Shown in pieces: positions 37,831 to 52,540 of a DNA stretch of 64,000 nucleotides. Both the position numbers and the translations under genes were made by a program. The notes beneath the pieces were generated by a model, which was not told the origin of the DNA, searched no databases, and saw only the letters and a list, made by a program, of their open reading frames with translations. Position 1 is the first letter of the stretch; each line of letters starts with the position of its first letter. Source of the stretch: Phoronis australis (Eukaryota; Animalia; Phoronida); the NCBI GenBank assembly GCA_002633005.1, contig NMRA01000011.1, positions 1,500,555 to 1,564,554 on the forward strand. Reading direction: 5' to 3'.

Positions 37831-39084
37831 GAAGTACAAAATGACGGGCCGACAACATATTTTTCTCTTATCTGAAGGCGAGGTCGAGATCCCTAAACTC
37901 GTCCGGTTTTAAGGAACAATTGTTTTTCTCATTATTATTGGGCAAGATAGACTTTGAGACGTGAACTGATTTCACCAGAACCAAAACACTGCAAAATCGG
38001 TTTGTTTTTGTGATTTCTAATCGTAGATTCCCGTTGGCTTTCAACCAGGAGGCCAAATTAAATGAAACCGAGCGAGAGCGGTGACCTTATCGATAAAATT
38101 CGCCACTTTTGCCATAAGCTCTACCGGCCAGCTCATTGGTCAGCGACATCTGAGGTCATATGGCCGAATCCAGCACGGGTCAGATCTCAAGTACTCAACA
38201 ATGTCGCCGATAATGTCAACTTAAGGGATGAAAGTGAACGCGCCACTAACCCCCGGCTCAGCGATTGCTTTCAATAAGTGATACAATTTTTACGTAAAAT
38301 TCTACGAAATTACGGGTTCCATTCAACACTTTTAAAGAAATAGAGCGTGAAGAGACTTACGAGAAGAATACATTAGTGTTCTCACCACTCGCGGTCGTGG
38401 TATTTTAAAACCTGCATTCAACTTGTTATCTAGTCCATATGATGGGAATCTATTTTGAACGATAGCGATCATACTAGGAATTGTGGACAACAAATGTACG
38501 TTTACATGAACTTATAGGTTATTTTCGTTCAATGCCTATGAGCCCATATAATAGACCCATTCTAGCAATAGGAAATTGTGCCCATGAATGTTTATACCCT
38601 GGGTGTCGAGACGAACAAGTTAATAACACGTACTTGAAGTTAGGCGAAAAGCGTAGCCCAACCTATAAACATTCTTTATAATGACACGTTTCTCAAAAGT
38701 ACTTATTCCTGGTAAAAAGAAAGACATTTCACTCTAACGTTTGACATCTAAAACCAATGTTCTAAATCAAACATCTTTTCAGGAGAAAAAAACATCTGAA
38801 GGTCACGTCCGATCGCCGTAAATGAGTGAGGGGCGCCCCACTCGACAACAGCCATAGGGCTATGTCAGATTGCTTTTGGACCTGCCGACACACACACGCA
38901 GACACGCACGCTTTCGTAGGTTATTTTCATGAACATGTATAGATTTACATTTAGTGCAACGGAATTGATGTGTACGTTATTACATGACTTGGTTACCTAG
39001 ACGACCCATACAACAGTGGTGTAATGATCACGTGTCCAGTCCGGCCTAGTACCACCCGTTAACCTGTAAATAGCCCATATCTTG

Positions 39085-39339
39085 CATGCGTGCACCCAGC
39101 CTTCAATATGGGGGGCTCGAATTCCCGGCGTTGTGAACCTTTTGCTAACGAAAAAGCGGGTGGACCAATAAAAAGAAAACGGGAGCACCACTGTGAATTG
39201 CGCATTTGCGCTTATTTAGTGGATTTTTATCCCATTTTCTCGGACTTTTTATCTCTCGGGTGCCGACCTTTGTGCCCATTTCGCCAAATGGGGGGCTCAT
39301 TCGAGCACCCCGAGCCCCTCTTCCCTGGGTGCGCGCATG
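39085..39339. mobile_element. MITE with 5-bp TSD (TCTTG)
   Basis: TIR catgcgtgcacccag / ctgggtgcgcgcatg; TCTTG at 39080-39084 and 39340-39344. Confidence 0.8.
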
Positions 39340-40788
39340 TCTTGAGAAGACCCACTCAATCAGGTCATCTAAAGGTGCTAAAAACTCAACCTTTGATTTC
39401 GACCACTTACTGTTATTACCTGATTCCTTACTCATTGCAACTCGTTCTTGCTTGAATGCATGCTCTATAAACCGTGAAAGCATTCTCTACTTTAACCAAG
39501 TTGCGTCAGTTTTATACATACGGTTGTTGGATTCAAAAGGTAAATGAAGCTTTTTGACATGGAATGTACAACACGAGCAAAGCTCAACACAGAAGGCATG
39601 TGTGGTTTAGAAGCATTAACCACGGCTGCGATTATTAATTAACACGTACAAAACCATGATGGATGTCACAAAGGAAATGAGTGCCAGCCATAGTAGTTGC
39701 AATTGACATTTGAAATAGATGGACTGGGGTTTAAAAGCGTTTTATTGTCGTAAACTTTAATACAAAGAACGAACACATTAGCCAATTGCCATTTTACCTT
39801 TGAGCAATTACAGTAGATCCGATAGCATTATCCATTGACTTGAGGTAGGTTATCGTAATTGTCTACAAAACATGGCGACAAGAACGGGTTCGAGATGTTT
39901 TTGACTCTAGGTGGAAGACGAGCCTCTTCACACCATCGTAGCTGCTAATTAACAGCTTGTTCTGCAAGCAGGTCACCTGTGACACCTTTCCACAGAGCTT
40001 ACATTCACCCTGCGAGCTACTGTACTAGGCAACCCATGTCGTTGTCCTGGCCATTACGTGACCAAGGAGCTCATGATGGAATACTGACAGTATTTCTTTC
40101 ATGCTTATCTCTGAATGGCAAACATATATCCCCGTATTTACATGTATATACTGGTGAGCGTGTGAGGTCCACTTTCGATCACATTTTGGGGGTTTTGTAA
40201 ACATTCTCACCCGCAGAGTAGCGAAAATCGGACATAATACAAGCGGAGCTGCAAGGTGAAAATGGTTAACGTCAATTGTGAAAGTCATTGTTTCTAACAA
40301 GAATATTTCCCAGTGGTCATTAGGAACGTAAACATTTCAGCTGACTAACCTTAATTTTCATTTTAAACTCAATGTTACCCAGGATCGAATTTCGAAAACA
40401 ACTTAAACAATTTATAGTATACAAATACTACGATACATTTTAAAAATAATTGATCATGAAAAAATGATGTGCACGACAGCAATTCACAGGCGTTCGTTTT
40501 CAGACTACATTGCGCGCGTATTCCTACTCAAAAGTAGTTCGTTAAAATGAGTACTTTGAGCCTTTAACAAAATACACCCGGAAAGCACAAATAGAAACAC
40601 AAAGAAATATGTCAGGCTTAAAACTTAATCGCAAAGTAACGAAGGAAATCGTTAATTTGCTACTGAGGATCTACATGACAACAATATAAATATGATCAAA
40701 AATATGATCAAAATGTTAGCGTAGAAAACCTGTTGCTGCAACACGTTTGCAAAGGACTTCCGCCACACAGACTTTGCTCTAGTGGAAC

Positions 40789-41148
40789 CATAGATTATAA
40801 ACAACAGATTCACAACTCCGACATTTTCTTACGTATTATCTAAGAGGAGGCGCCACTCTCCTAAATTACACATTTGAATTTCCGGTTAGTGTATTGTGAC
40901 GGGAAATTGTCGCATCTATTTTACTGTCCAGTACAACGTAAAAAACGCTGTTGGTATCGTGAGTAGTTTTGGCACCCGACCACACAACAGCAGACCAAGA
41001 TAAGCAGACGACGTATTTGCCGGAAGTAAAACTTGCTAAATTTGGCAGGTGTCACTAGTGAATAATGATGTCACGGCTTATGCGAAAGATCACAGATTTC
41101 GTCCATTGAAAATATACGGAGTTGGCCGTCCATGTACTACAATCTTTG
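40789..41148. mobile_element. P-element-like MITE with 7-bp TSD GTGGAAC
   Basis: Ends CATAGATTATA.. / ..TACAATCTTTG; GTGGAAC at 40782-40788 and 41149-41155; second copy at 51507-52540. Confidence 0.8.
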
Positions 41149-42953
41149 GTGGAACTTCGCAACAGTACTGTGGAGGACGCGCCTAACTGCGTTTGTAGCA
41201 ACTAAGCGTAATTTGCGCAACACGTGCTCGTTCATTGTCTGAAACAATTTCCTTATCTATAATAGTTAACCAATGTCATGCGTGACTATTTGACACATTC
41301 ACGCATACACGCATCACACGCTCGAACAAGCAAAAACATACTTCGAAACCAAGGTCCGGAATGTAATCTTTCTACTGGAAATCGATCTCGAAATTAATTT
41401 TGTGCGATTTTAACATTATTATTATGTGCTTATAGTCTTATATTCAAGATTTCGAGTAAAAACTCGAAATTCCGATTCCAGGCACCAAGTTTTAGCCTCA
41501 GTAAGGGGATCATAACAACAAGCTAGGGTCACAGAGTTACCAGCAAAAAGCCATTATGTACCTGAGCATAAAATGATAGCCACTCAACTTGTGTTCTCAC
41601 AAAAGCAATATAGAAAATAACAAAAATAATGTTTAGTTCGATCACGAGTAAAAGATCAGACCCAGATCCATGGTATACCAAAGGTGACACTGGCTAATAA
41701 TCAAAGAAACTGAAGAGCCAATTAAAACCATATTTTACTGGATGTTTCATATTCACGGTTACCGATAGCACTGCACTTCTAGATTTGAAAGTATTGAAGC
41801 AATTACTTCCTAATAAGTTCAGTTGAAGGAATAATATTTCTTAGTTTTTAAAGATAAATTTTGATACTTTCCCAAACAAACGATTAAATTTATTACATCT
41901 GATTCGTGTCGTTTACCAAACAAAGCATATGTTGAAGTTAGGGTTTTATCCAATGAGTTATAGCAGGCCAGAGCGTTTCTTGTCAGTAAAGATAAATTAT
42001 ATTCTCTGTGTAAATATGTGACTCTTGGATACTAATTTTGACCAGAGAGTCATTTGTGGCGACCACTCGACCAAATCATGTGAGCCACTTTAATATCGAA
42101 TCATCAGTGAAATTAAGGGAGCCAGCATAAACTTCCCCCACCGGTTGGATGAATCAAGAACCATTGAGATTCCCACTTTATCTCATGTGTGTGTTTTTGT
42201 ATATTTCTTCGATTAATTGGGAATTTATTCGCAATATTTGTTAATTCCTTCGATTAATTGTCATTTCATTCGAAATATTAGCTCATACTCTTGGGTACTT
42301 CGGAAAACTCAACAATTATGGAGTCTTTTTTAAAATGAAAAACTGCGCGCATTTACTCCATAAAAATCGCAAATTTTAATGTTGGAGAGAGAAAGCATAC
42401 CTGATGCAAAGTGATGTGTCTGAATACGTCTGAGTTAAGCAAACCAGAAATATAAGCGTTACCAGTTTATACCAGCATTTATAACCGACTGCTGCCTTAC
42501 TAACAGTTACATTTGAAACAAGTTGCCGCCGTACATGTACGTTACCACCGGGTGGGTATCCCCTATCTTTTGCATGTGTTTTGTAACAATCCAGACGACA
42601 AACGCGGGCCTTACTTTTGATTTGTACTTGGTGAATCCTAATTGTTTCGTTCTGTAGCAAAACTCGGATAGGCTTATGGACGACTCGAAAGTCAACACGC
42701 AGTGCTTTTTATCATCAGAATACAATAAAAACAGAACGCAAATCACAGGAATGGAGGACGTCGCACAGGGTTCCGTTAAATCTAAATGTGCGTTAGTTTG
42801 TTCTCAAGCACACGAAATCAGCGTTGTCGCACTGACACTCCACAGATATACTTTGATCATAAAATTATTTTTTCCTGTTAAGAAAATCCTATAGATTCTC
42901 AAACACTTAATCTGTGTTCGTAATTTAAATGTTGAATTGTATGTACAGTACTT

Positions 42954-43195
42954 CAGTGGCAGATCTACGATTTCAGTAAGGGGGGGGGGTTTAGGATTCG
43001 AGAGAATCCGAGGCGCGTAGCGCCGAGGAGAAGGAAGGCCGCGAGAGGGTTTCCCTCCTCCCGTGTAAGATTTTTTGGGATTTTTAGTAGCTAATTTCGT
43101 TTTTCTGGCGATTTTTTTCCAGTTTTTATTTTTGATCCTGTCCCGAGGGGGGAGGTTTAAACCCCCTGAACTCCCCCCCTGTAGATCCGCCTCTG
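42954..43195. mobile_element. CAGTGGC-type MITE with 5-bp TSD (TACTT)
   Basis: cagtggcagatctac / gtagatccgcctctg; TACTT at 42949-42953 and 43196-43200. Confidence 0.8.
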
Positions 43196-44216
43196 TACTT
43201 TATCGCCTTGCTACTAATGACATTGCACCCGAATGGACAATTGTTACAGTGATCTTCATTACGAGAGACTACCGGCATTTTCGGAAGATCAACTTAAAAT
43301 TAAGAGGAGTCAAGTTAGAGCCAATGGTTTATATAAAGATTCTTTCTATTGAAGTGTCAGAAGTTGTTTTGTTAGCCGAAGCAAAACTTTAACATTCTCC
43401 AATAAACGTGTGTTTTGAATTTTTAGAAAATGCATTTTCTTTGAAAACAAACCAGTGCAAAATTGCAGCGAATCTAAACATTCTAAAACTTGGGGATGTT
43501 AATCATTGTGGATGGTCAAAACGACAACAAGTGTCAGTTAAAATCTTTGGTAAAACAGTACGACTGATTTTTCATTTGAAAATTTAGGGTTCACTATAAC
43601 TTTGTTAAATAAAATGTTCACAATCTACCAAGTCATTAATACTTGATAGTGCAGATGTTGGACTCATGTAAAGCGTGTAAAACGTTCTCCATAAAGAGGA
43701 CACGGAAGATGTGTAATACTGAATCTTTATCAACGTTTTGTGAGTTAGCATTTTTTGAAAAACAAGTGCTTTCCAATTACACCTATGAAAAATGTGTTAT
43801 CAAATGAAACGGCGACGTTGTCAGTTTCGTAACGCATCTCTGTTTGCCTAAATGTTTGAAGTTATAGTCCCAGATTTCACCGCTTGGTGCACACGCGCAA
43901 TTTCAGAAATTTACCTTTTGTATTTTGATGTGAAATCTAGTGCCTCGGTTTGTGTTTTTATCAGTCCATGCAATCTAAGGAACTATTAGTTGCAGTGTAA
44001 CTACTTATGGAGATCAAATTGCATTGGCTTAAATATGTAGGTTCCATTCCACGTACACTTTACACAATTAGCCAAATTCAAAAGTAAAATCTCATGGAAA
44101 CGTTTAAACATGGGGGTATCTTTACAAGATGCAATGTTTTGTGATATCAAAAACATTAAAACAAAATTGCCCCCTCCCACTACAAATTGTCTCATACACG
44201 TTTTGTAAGACCCCTG

Positions 44217-44642
44217 TGCCCGGTTGAATGAAACAGTCCTAAATAGGGACTCAACCAAGTTCCCTAAATCTACTGCGTATTTGTGGACTAAAGAAAACTC
44301 TGATTGTCGTTTCTTATGGTGTTTTAGTTTCAATACTAAGTCAATGTTTTACTTTAATACAAGGCGGGAGTGAATTCTAAGTTAAATTCTCAATATTATT
44401 AATAATATGTAGGGATCTTTTATTGCAACCCCCTAATTTAAGTCCCTATTTGTTTTCATGAAACTAAGGGCTCAGATTTTAGTTATATTATTAGAAAATG
44501 TAATTAGCCAAAGAGAACCTAATAATAAAGATAAAGTGATAGTGAAATATGACATCTATGAGTAAAGAACGACTCAAATTAGGAAACAGATTTGGGGAAT
44601 TTAGTTGAGTCCCAATTTGGGACTGTTTCATGCAACCGGGCA
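44217..44642. mobile_element. PIF/Harbinger-like MITE, ~55-bp TIRs, 3-bp TSD CTG
   Basis: ctg|tgcccggttgaatgaaacagtcctaaatagggactcaac ... gttgagtcccaatttgggactgtttcatgcaaccgggca|ctg. Confidence 0.8.
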
Positions 44643-47600
44643 CTGAGGCCTACAAATAGGATCACGTGGTGCAGTTGTAATCCGTTCCCTCGCGAAGTCT
44701 GGCTTTACGTTTCGGCGATCAAGAGAGTTATCTAGGATTGAAAAAAATCTTGAAATCTTTTCAGACTTATATTCATTAGGTCACGTGATGTGACCAAAAA
44801 TAACGTGCTGGCAGAACAAATTGTTCGAAACAAATTCTTATGGTATAAGACCATACCCGTCGCCGTGACGAGTCAACAAATTGTTGAATTTGATTTAAAT
44901 TAGAACCAATCATTAGTTCTTTTCAAGGCCAGATATGACATCTAGTTAGAATCGGGAACAAGTTCAGTTTAATTTCGTTCCTGTAAATCATCTAAGCAAA
45001 CAGCTACTTGTTACGGAAAACGGGCAGATCTACATGCGCATACTACAATTTATTTCTAACAGTTCAAAACAAGGAGCGTGATTTTGATGAGACGATTTCA
45101 TTAATACTAAACACCCACTCAGCAATCAGATTTCCCTTTGTACCAAGTAAAACAGGTTGCAGAGCGCAGAATCAGGAGATGGTTAAATTGTCAGCTAAAC
45201 GACAGAAGTATTATACTAATCTTCTTAGTGTGAAACGTCAACCATCTTTTTATGCAATGAACAGCAGTAACGTTGTTATCAGTTGTGGTGTATAAATATC
45301 AAATATTAAGTATACAAACGACCTAAACATCATTGATTTTTTACGCCAAGTATCAATGTTTTCGTCCTTGTAATGCTTCAAACCTGACCTGTCATATTAA
45401 CACAGGTGATGTTACTCACAATGCGTTCAATGAATGCAATTGAGCAGTTCAGAGGTACGCGAGTCAGACAGGCGCTCGTATTTAGCACCAGGGCCCAACC
45501 AAGCATTGGTTACTTGAAACACACCGCATTTTAAATTGTACGTTGCAAAGCAGATTGTTGTACCCTCGTAATATAACACTGTTGAACAAAAGACGGCGCT
45601 GTTTGCTGCCTCTTAGGCCAATCAAAAGCTTAAGCTTTGTGCAAAATTATTTTAACGTGACTGCCTCCACTAGGTGTGTTGTTGTGGGTGAACGTTGATA
45701 ACATTTTCAAATAAAATTCAACTGATAACACCGGTATGTGTTTTTTCATTCACACATGAAATACAGTGAGAATAATGTCTTTAGAAGATAAAGAGAGCGA
45801 TGAGCCCGTTACATTCATTGGTATTCTGAATGAGTTAACTTCGGCTATATTCTTCTTCGTGTTGATATTCATTACAACCTTTGTGAATTCTGCTTATTGT
45901 TCAATGCATTTGGAAAATAGATACAAACGTATATGATGCATCTGCGTTTTCATGTCTTTACACAAGGGGGCGCAGGGACAACAGAACACGACGAAAGCTT
46001 CAATTATTTTGTTGAGACCTTCACTGCGTAGCAGTGCAATGTTTCTGAGACTCGCGAGGTCGACTCAACAAAAACATTCCCTTCAGCTACTTCATTAAAT
46101 ATAAACTAATACGATTTCGTTAAGTGCTTAATATTGAATGCTAAAATCATCGCTGATGATTCATCCGGCCGCTTGATAACATAAAGTAACGTAACATAAT
46201 CAAACTAGAAGACAAATGTTTACGCGGATATTGGTAAAGAAACTATCATTTCAACTCTAGGTGCTGTGTTAACTTGACGATTGTCGCAACTTCTGATGTT
46301 TTGATCAATAGAACTGAATGACTTCTTCCGCTGCACCTCAGCCAAGACAGTCGCTGCTCGTGCAAACATGGTTAGCTAGAATTTTGCTTTGTACTAAGTA
46401 ATTATCTATCGATTGTGACTATTTTTCTGTTGTAATCGTCTTATAATGTAATTTCACTGTTTAAATTTGCTTTCGGTGATGTAAATGCCGTGAGAATTAT
46501 TTCAAATACCCTCAAATGGAAATTTAAACTATAATAACCTACAGGCACCAACAATACTCTTACAGTGTACACGTACTTGCATTCAAAATTTTTGATTAGA
46601 AGAAATATTTTCCATTCTTCAAATGATGTGAAGTAACGATTTTTATTATTTACTGTTGTTAATCCCGGTGTTCTTGGATGTTACGAGATGAATTTTAGAC
46701 GACTGGGGACAATTTTTGAAATGCTTACTACAAACAAAGTAACATATGGATCTATAGCCGATTTCGAAACTCAGCGTTAGGCTCTGCTACAGTGAACCGT
46801 AGGCCAGTCGTGACTTTTGTTCCAATCGTACATCTCTGACTTCTATACCAATTCTGACGCCAAGTGATATTTTCTGTTTGTCAGTGCAAAACAAACGACG
46901 ATCAATCAGCTGAACGCATTATTAGTGAAGTTCTAAGTGAAAGAATCTTACAGAAATCGACAAAAACTGACAATTATATATTTTAACGAAATTCTAAAGT
47001 TTTCACTACTTTTCGATCTCGACCTGAATGTTATGTTACGGCCTCCTTACCAGGGGTGTGTTCCGTAGACTTGAGAACCTCGCGAAAACGCAAGACTTCC
47101 GTGAGATATAACCACGTATTACAAGCAAAGCATTTGATCGCATTAGCTAACTTCGCGAGATTCTTGCGTTTACGAAACTCAGTCCAGATCGAAAAATTAG
47201 CAAACGATTATACAGGTTCGAATCCACAAGACTTGTTCGTAGCGTTTTGACCAATTTAACGTCCTGGTAGTGTGACGTCATCTTTCGTTTTTTTGAAATT
47301 AAACACCGGAGTTAGTTGTTGTGACTACAGACACTAAAAACATTATATTATTGCTCAAACATGAACTTGTTAAGCATCAAAATTGCAGCCGGTTCATTCC
47401 TAATGCATAGAACAAAGGTTTAGACTGCACTTTTATTATGCGTCTCAATCACTGTTTTATCAACGATGGGTCCAAAACAAAAAAACACAAAATTTATTAT
47501 ATTTAAACGTTATCGAACACGCTTTAATCCTCCTAAAACCAATTTGAGGTGGTGATGTACAACAGTGTCTATAGTTCCGTTTACACCAATTTCTAGCCTA

Positions 47601-47688
47601 TTTACGTTACCACCACGTTTTGGCTCGGTCATTTGTTTAGCAGCCAAGCTACTCTTTTGGACACTGACTCGAAGGAAACGGTGGCCAT

Positions 47689-48354
47689 GGGTGGCACTGA
47701 ACAGTTAGGCTACGGCCGCGGCCAATTTGCACAGCCAAACTATTAAAATCTAGGGGTAGGCCAGGCTCGAGTGCATTTTTAATAATGTATTGCGTGTAGG
47801 CCAAGTAAATGTGGTTTGTTTGTAGTTGTGAACACGTTGGGAATGAAAAAAAGACCACTTTCTCGGCTGTAGCTGCATTCTCCTTCAAGATGGAGGCCCC
47901 TTGTTGCAATTGTGCATTGCTGGCTAGCAACTGAGAAATTGGCCGCGATTTCAGGTAACCCTGAAACAAGCCAGATTTTCCAAAAAAAAAACTAGTTGGT
48001 TGACAGTACTTTTGGACCACATTTGTGGAATCGATAGGACATTTGTTTACGAAATCTATTATTGGCTGTAGTCGAGCATCGACAGGGAAGTGGTGGTTTT
48101 GGGGTGAAATCTGCCGATTTTGCGTTTTGTTTGCCCCTATTTTTCTCAGTTTAGATTGGTTTTCAGTGGGAGTGAAAGTGTCAAATATACAAGAGAGAAT
48201 AAAGTTTCTGTGCTCATCTGTAGGGCTTGTGATGTAAAATGACTCAAAAGTTTTCTTTCTTTGCATGCAGTTTTTGACAGAGTGAAGAAAGGTGAAGAGT
48301 CCATTGACGTGTGTTCTGATAGGCAAACACCTGTGAGAACTGTTCAGTGCCCCC
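47689..48354. mobile_element. Non-autonomous DNA transposon (~665 bp, GG termini, possible AT target; ISL2EU/Harbinger-like), copy 1
   Basis: TIR ggtggcactgaacagt / actgttcagtgccccc; the body aligns over its full length with 51613-52268. Confidence 0.8.
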
Positions 48355-50798
48355 TTGACTCGCGGTGGTCCGGCGGTGACGTGGCTGGACTGACAAGTGA
48401 ATCGTCTGCATTTCAAATCCAGCGCGCGCCGAATAATTCCATAAAAATGCTCATCCTTGACCAAATACCCATGTCCATTTACCAAGAACGCAGTAACACC
48501 TGAAGATGTATTACATAAACATGTAGTTTTGTGCAAATAGATCATTAGATGACCTCAAAATTAGAATTCAATTTCAAAATCAAAAAAATAAAACATATGT
48601 GGCTAAATACCTAAAACGACAAATCACATACCCCTACACCCAATGGTGTGGACAAAAATAGATTATTAAAACAAAAAATAGTCTATACAAGGATATTAAA
48701 GCGTTACCTGAACCCCCTCGAGTGACAGCTTGATACTAAAATAGATATTCTGTTCAACGTTTCTCTCAGCCGCACTTTCATTTTGCAGTAGGCGCGAATC
48801 ATTAAACTAGTTTAAGTGTTTGTTGGGAAAATAAAATTAATACTCCATTTACGTCACACTTAATGAAGCTGAAAATAAGTGCAATAGCGGTGATCAAAAC
48901 GAGGTCAGTCTAAGATAACATCATTTGGATGCAGCAACACGACAAAAAGCATAATTTTCTGATTTCCATTGGATCTTTGACAGTGTTGGACTTACCAGTA
49001 AAAATGCTCAAATTTGTTTTCTTGTACAAAAATACGGCTGCCGTGACAACACGTGCAGATCGTGTCTCGGAACCGGAGACGCCTTACAACGAGGCTAGTA
49101 ACCCCCCTGTCTCCTAAACAGATCCTCCACTTAAATTGACCGTCCAGCGTCGGAGCGTGAGCCTTCAAGTAATCAATTCAGTAGCAAGAGGGCTTTGAAA
49201 GTGTTTTGTCCAGTTGATTTGGATAAACTGTGACAATTATCGTGTCTCTGCGTTTTTTTTCTAATATCTCCACGGGATTGACTGAAAAGCGTTTTTGAAA
49301 GCTCATACAAGTGAGTTACGAAACGGTTTAAACAAACGTTTTTGACGCGATGATGATGTCTCAAGCAGATTGCAACACGGAAATTCTAATGGAACATTTT
49401 AATGACGCGTGACTACAGCTTCAAACAGGGAAGCACGAAAAAGTTTTCAATGACTTTTGCCTGGCAGTGCACACATTATTGCAGTTGCTGCCTTTTTTAC
49501 AATATGTTGAAAACTGTATGAACAAAACGAAAAGTTAAGAGTCGTTTCACATCAAAACCTCTACACATGACTAAACAACCTTCATGATGTCTCATGTATT
49601 TGGCCCTTTTACTTCCACCGAAAAAGGAAGCGAGGTTCCGAAAAAGTGACAAACAACGCAAAATTGACAGTTTCAACCCAAAACCACCACTCCCCTGCCA
49701 AAGCTAGACGTAAGTCGACAACAGATTCCGGAGGCACACTTCCTGCAGGTTTCTAAAGGTGGTTCAAATATGCTGCCATACAACCACATGTTTGGCAATT
49801 CTAGATTGTTTGAGGTCTGTGCAGTAGATTTCTACGCAGAAATGCAACAAAGCTCTGAGGGGCTGCCCTTTTGAAGAAGAGTTTATCTACAGTCGAACTA
49901 TTGGACTTCCCTCATTCCCAAGATATTCACAAATAAAAGCAAACCTAGTAGTAATACCTACATCAAAACTCCCGTCAAACCTCGACTAACCCAAATATCT
50001 AATTTCTATTTCTATTTCTATTTCTACTTTTGCGCGCGGCTACACTGCATCAATACAGTATGCCCGCGGCTACAGTCTAACTGCACAATGCCATCTGATA
50101 GCACTGATGATGACGGTGATAACATGTAACGTTGCCCACGTGCTTTAAATTGGCGGATGTTTGACATCTCCGCTTCAATTGTTTTTAACATGTTACTGCT
50201 TACATATCAAGAAATCTTTGGAGAGTTTGAATCGCTTGAGGACAAGGAATTTCTCACGCCTCTCCCAATGAGGACGCCTATTATTTTTTAGTTTTTTCGC
50301 GTAGATTCTCCGAAGACTGCTGTGTTGATGCAATCTGTCGACTGTACGGTTCTATCTTAATATTTGTTTAATTACATCCTTAATTTACGTTCACCTTATA
50401 GATTTTTCTGTTTAGCTGACGTAATCCTTAGACAAAATCCGATAATAAAAGACACAGCTAGCCAGCGCGGCACATTGGACGTACATGTAGTGTAAACGCT
50501 AGTCGTGCAAACGATGATTACGCGTGATCAAGATGCACCCAAGGGATAGAATGAAGTAAACGGAAACGTCGTTACCAAATAACGAAAAAAAAGGAAAACC
50601 AAAAAACAAAACAAGCCACTGTCAATATCAAAACAATTAAGGTTCATCCTAAAAGCAATTTTTAGCATCTTGACGTAGTTGACGAACAAGGTATGGCGTA
50701 GGACAATGAAATTGCAAAAGCAGCCGCAAGTAATCCGGAAACGGAAACTCTTGCAAACGCCTGTAGCAAAGAAGGCGTACCAAAATATACAGTTTACG

Positions 50799-50917
<119 letters not shown>

Positions 50918-51506
50918 GCCAAGGCAATGAAAACGAAATTGGCTCTTATCTGGATATTCTGAAAATTGATGATCTGACGCCATGTTTTTAACAATTTCCA
51001 AAATTTCAAAAACAAAATCCACCCAATGCATCCGAATTAAAAAAGAGAAAGGAAAGAGTAATGATGCGTGAGGACTTTTTTATTTAAACAGTGTACATGT
51101 AGCGCGGGTTTCAGAGTGAGTCGGACGCAGACAGGGAAACCAACGGAATTCTGTCATCATCAAAAAGCCTCACCTTGATGTCTGCACGATTAGAATTTTA
51201 AGTTCTTATAACGCATCCAACGGTTTACCTTAAAAATAGGCAGAAGTGTTGGGAAGCCTTGGTGTTAATCGAGATAAAGCTTTCCCGCGTTTATGACTGA
51301 TTATTTCTTACAGCGTCAACTACACTAAAAAGAAGGCAGAATCAACACCGAGGCCTAGGAAAACGTTTGTGTTATGCGAGCTGAGAAGTTTAAGGTACAA
51401 TGTCATCTTTGGCCTAACTATTGGCTTCGTACTTACATTTAAGCACTATTAAGAGATACAATTTAATGACTTCCTAATTTGAAATGAGTGTAATAGCTAT
51501 TGTGAC

Positions 51507-52540
51507 CATAGATTATAGACAAGAGATTCGCAACTCCGACATTTTCTTGCGTAGTACCCTAGAGGAGGCGCCACTCTCCTAAATTACTAATTTCAATTTC
51601 CGGATAGTGAATGGTGGCACTGAACAGTAAGGCTGCGGCCGTGGCCAATTTGTACTCCCAGAATATTAAAATTTGGGGGTAGACCAATTTTGGTGGCATT
51701 TTGTAGGTAGGCATTGCATGTAGGCTGAATGATTGCGGTTTGGTTTTACTTGTAAACATGCAGAGAATGATAAAGGTCACTTTTTCGGCTGTAGCTGCTC
51801 TCTTCTTTAAGGTGGTGGCCCCTGTTGCATTTGTGCATTGCTGGGTAGCAACTGAGAAATTGGACGCGATTTCAGGTAGCCCTCAAACAAGCCAGATTTT
51901 CAAACAAACTAGTTGGTTGACAACACTTTTGGACCACATTTTTGGAATCGGTAGGATATTTGCTTTCGGAATCTAATGTTGGTTTAGTCTAGCATCGACA
52001 GGGAAGTGGTGGTTTTGGGGTGAAAAGTGCCGATATGCATTTTTGCCTTTATTTTTCTCAGTCCGACTTAGTTTCCACTGGGAGTGAAAGGGTCAAAAAC
52101 TACAAGAGAGAATAAAGTTTCTGTGCTCATATGGAGGGCTTGTGATGTGAAATGACTCAAAACTTTTCTTGATTTGCATGCAGTTTTCGACAGACTGAAG
52201 AAAGGGTGAAGAGTCCATTGACGCGTGTTCTGACAGACAAACCCATGTGAGAACTGTTCAGTGCTTCCTACGGTGACTGGAAATTCTCGCATCTATTTTA
52301 CTGTCCAGTACAACGAAAAAAAATAATTTGGGCATTGAAACGCTGTTCCTTGTCTTCCAATATTAGAACTTGGTATTTTAAGTATTTATAGCACCCGACC
52401 ACACAAGACCCGACCATGAATAGCAGACGACGTACTTGCCGGAAGTAAAATTTGATGATTTTGCCAGGTGTCACTAGTGAATAATGACGTCAGGAATTCT
52501 GCGTAAGATCACAGATTTCGTTCATGTACTATAGTCTATG
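51507..52540. mobile_element. P-element-like MITE copy 2, interrupted by a nested element
   Basis: catagattatag ... ctatagtctatg; flanks TTGTGAC / GTGTGAC (6 of 7 match); 51507-51611 plus 52269-52540 reconstitute 40789-41148. Confidence 0.8.
51613..52268. mobile_element. Copy 2 of the 47689-48354 element, nested in the P-like MITE
   Basis: Same TIRs and body; the empty site is visible at ~40885-40900. Confidence 0.8.

Noticed and set aside
47649-48545. Longest ORF in the window (298 aa)
   Set aside because: It spans a non-autonomous MITE, has no recognisable domain, and the second copy (51613-52268) does not keep the frame.
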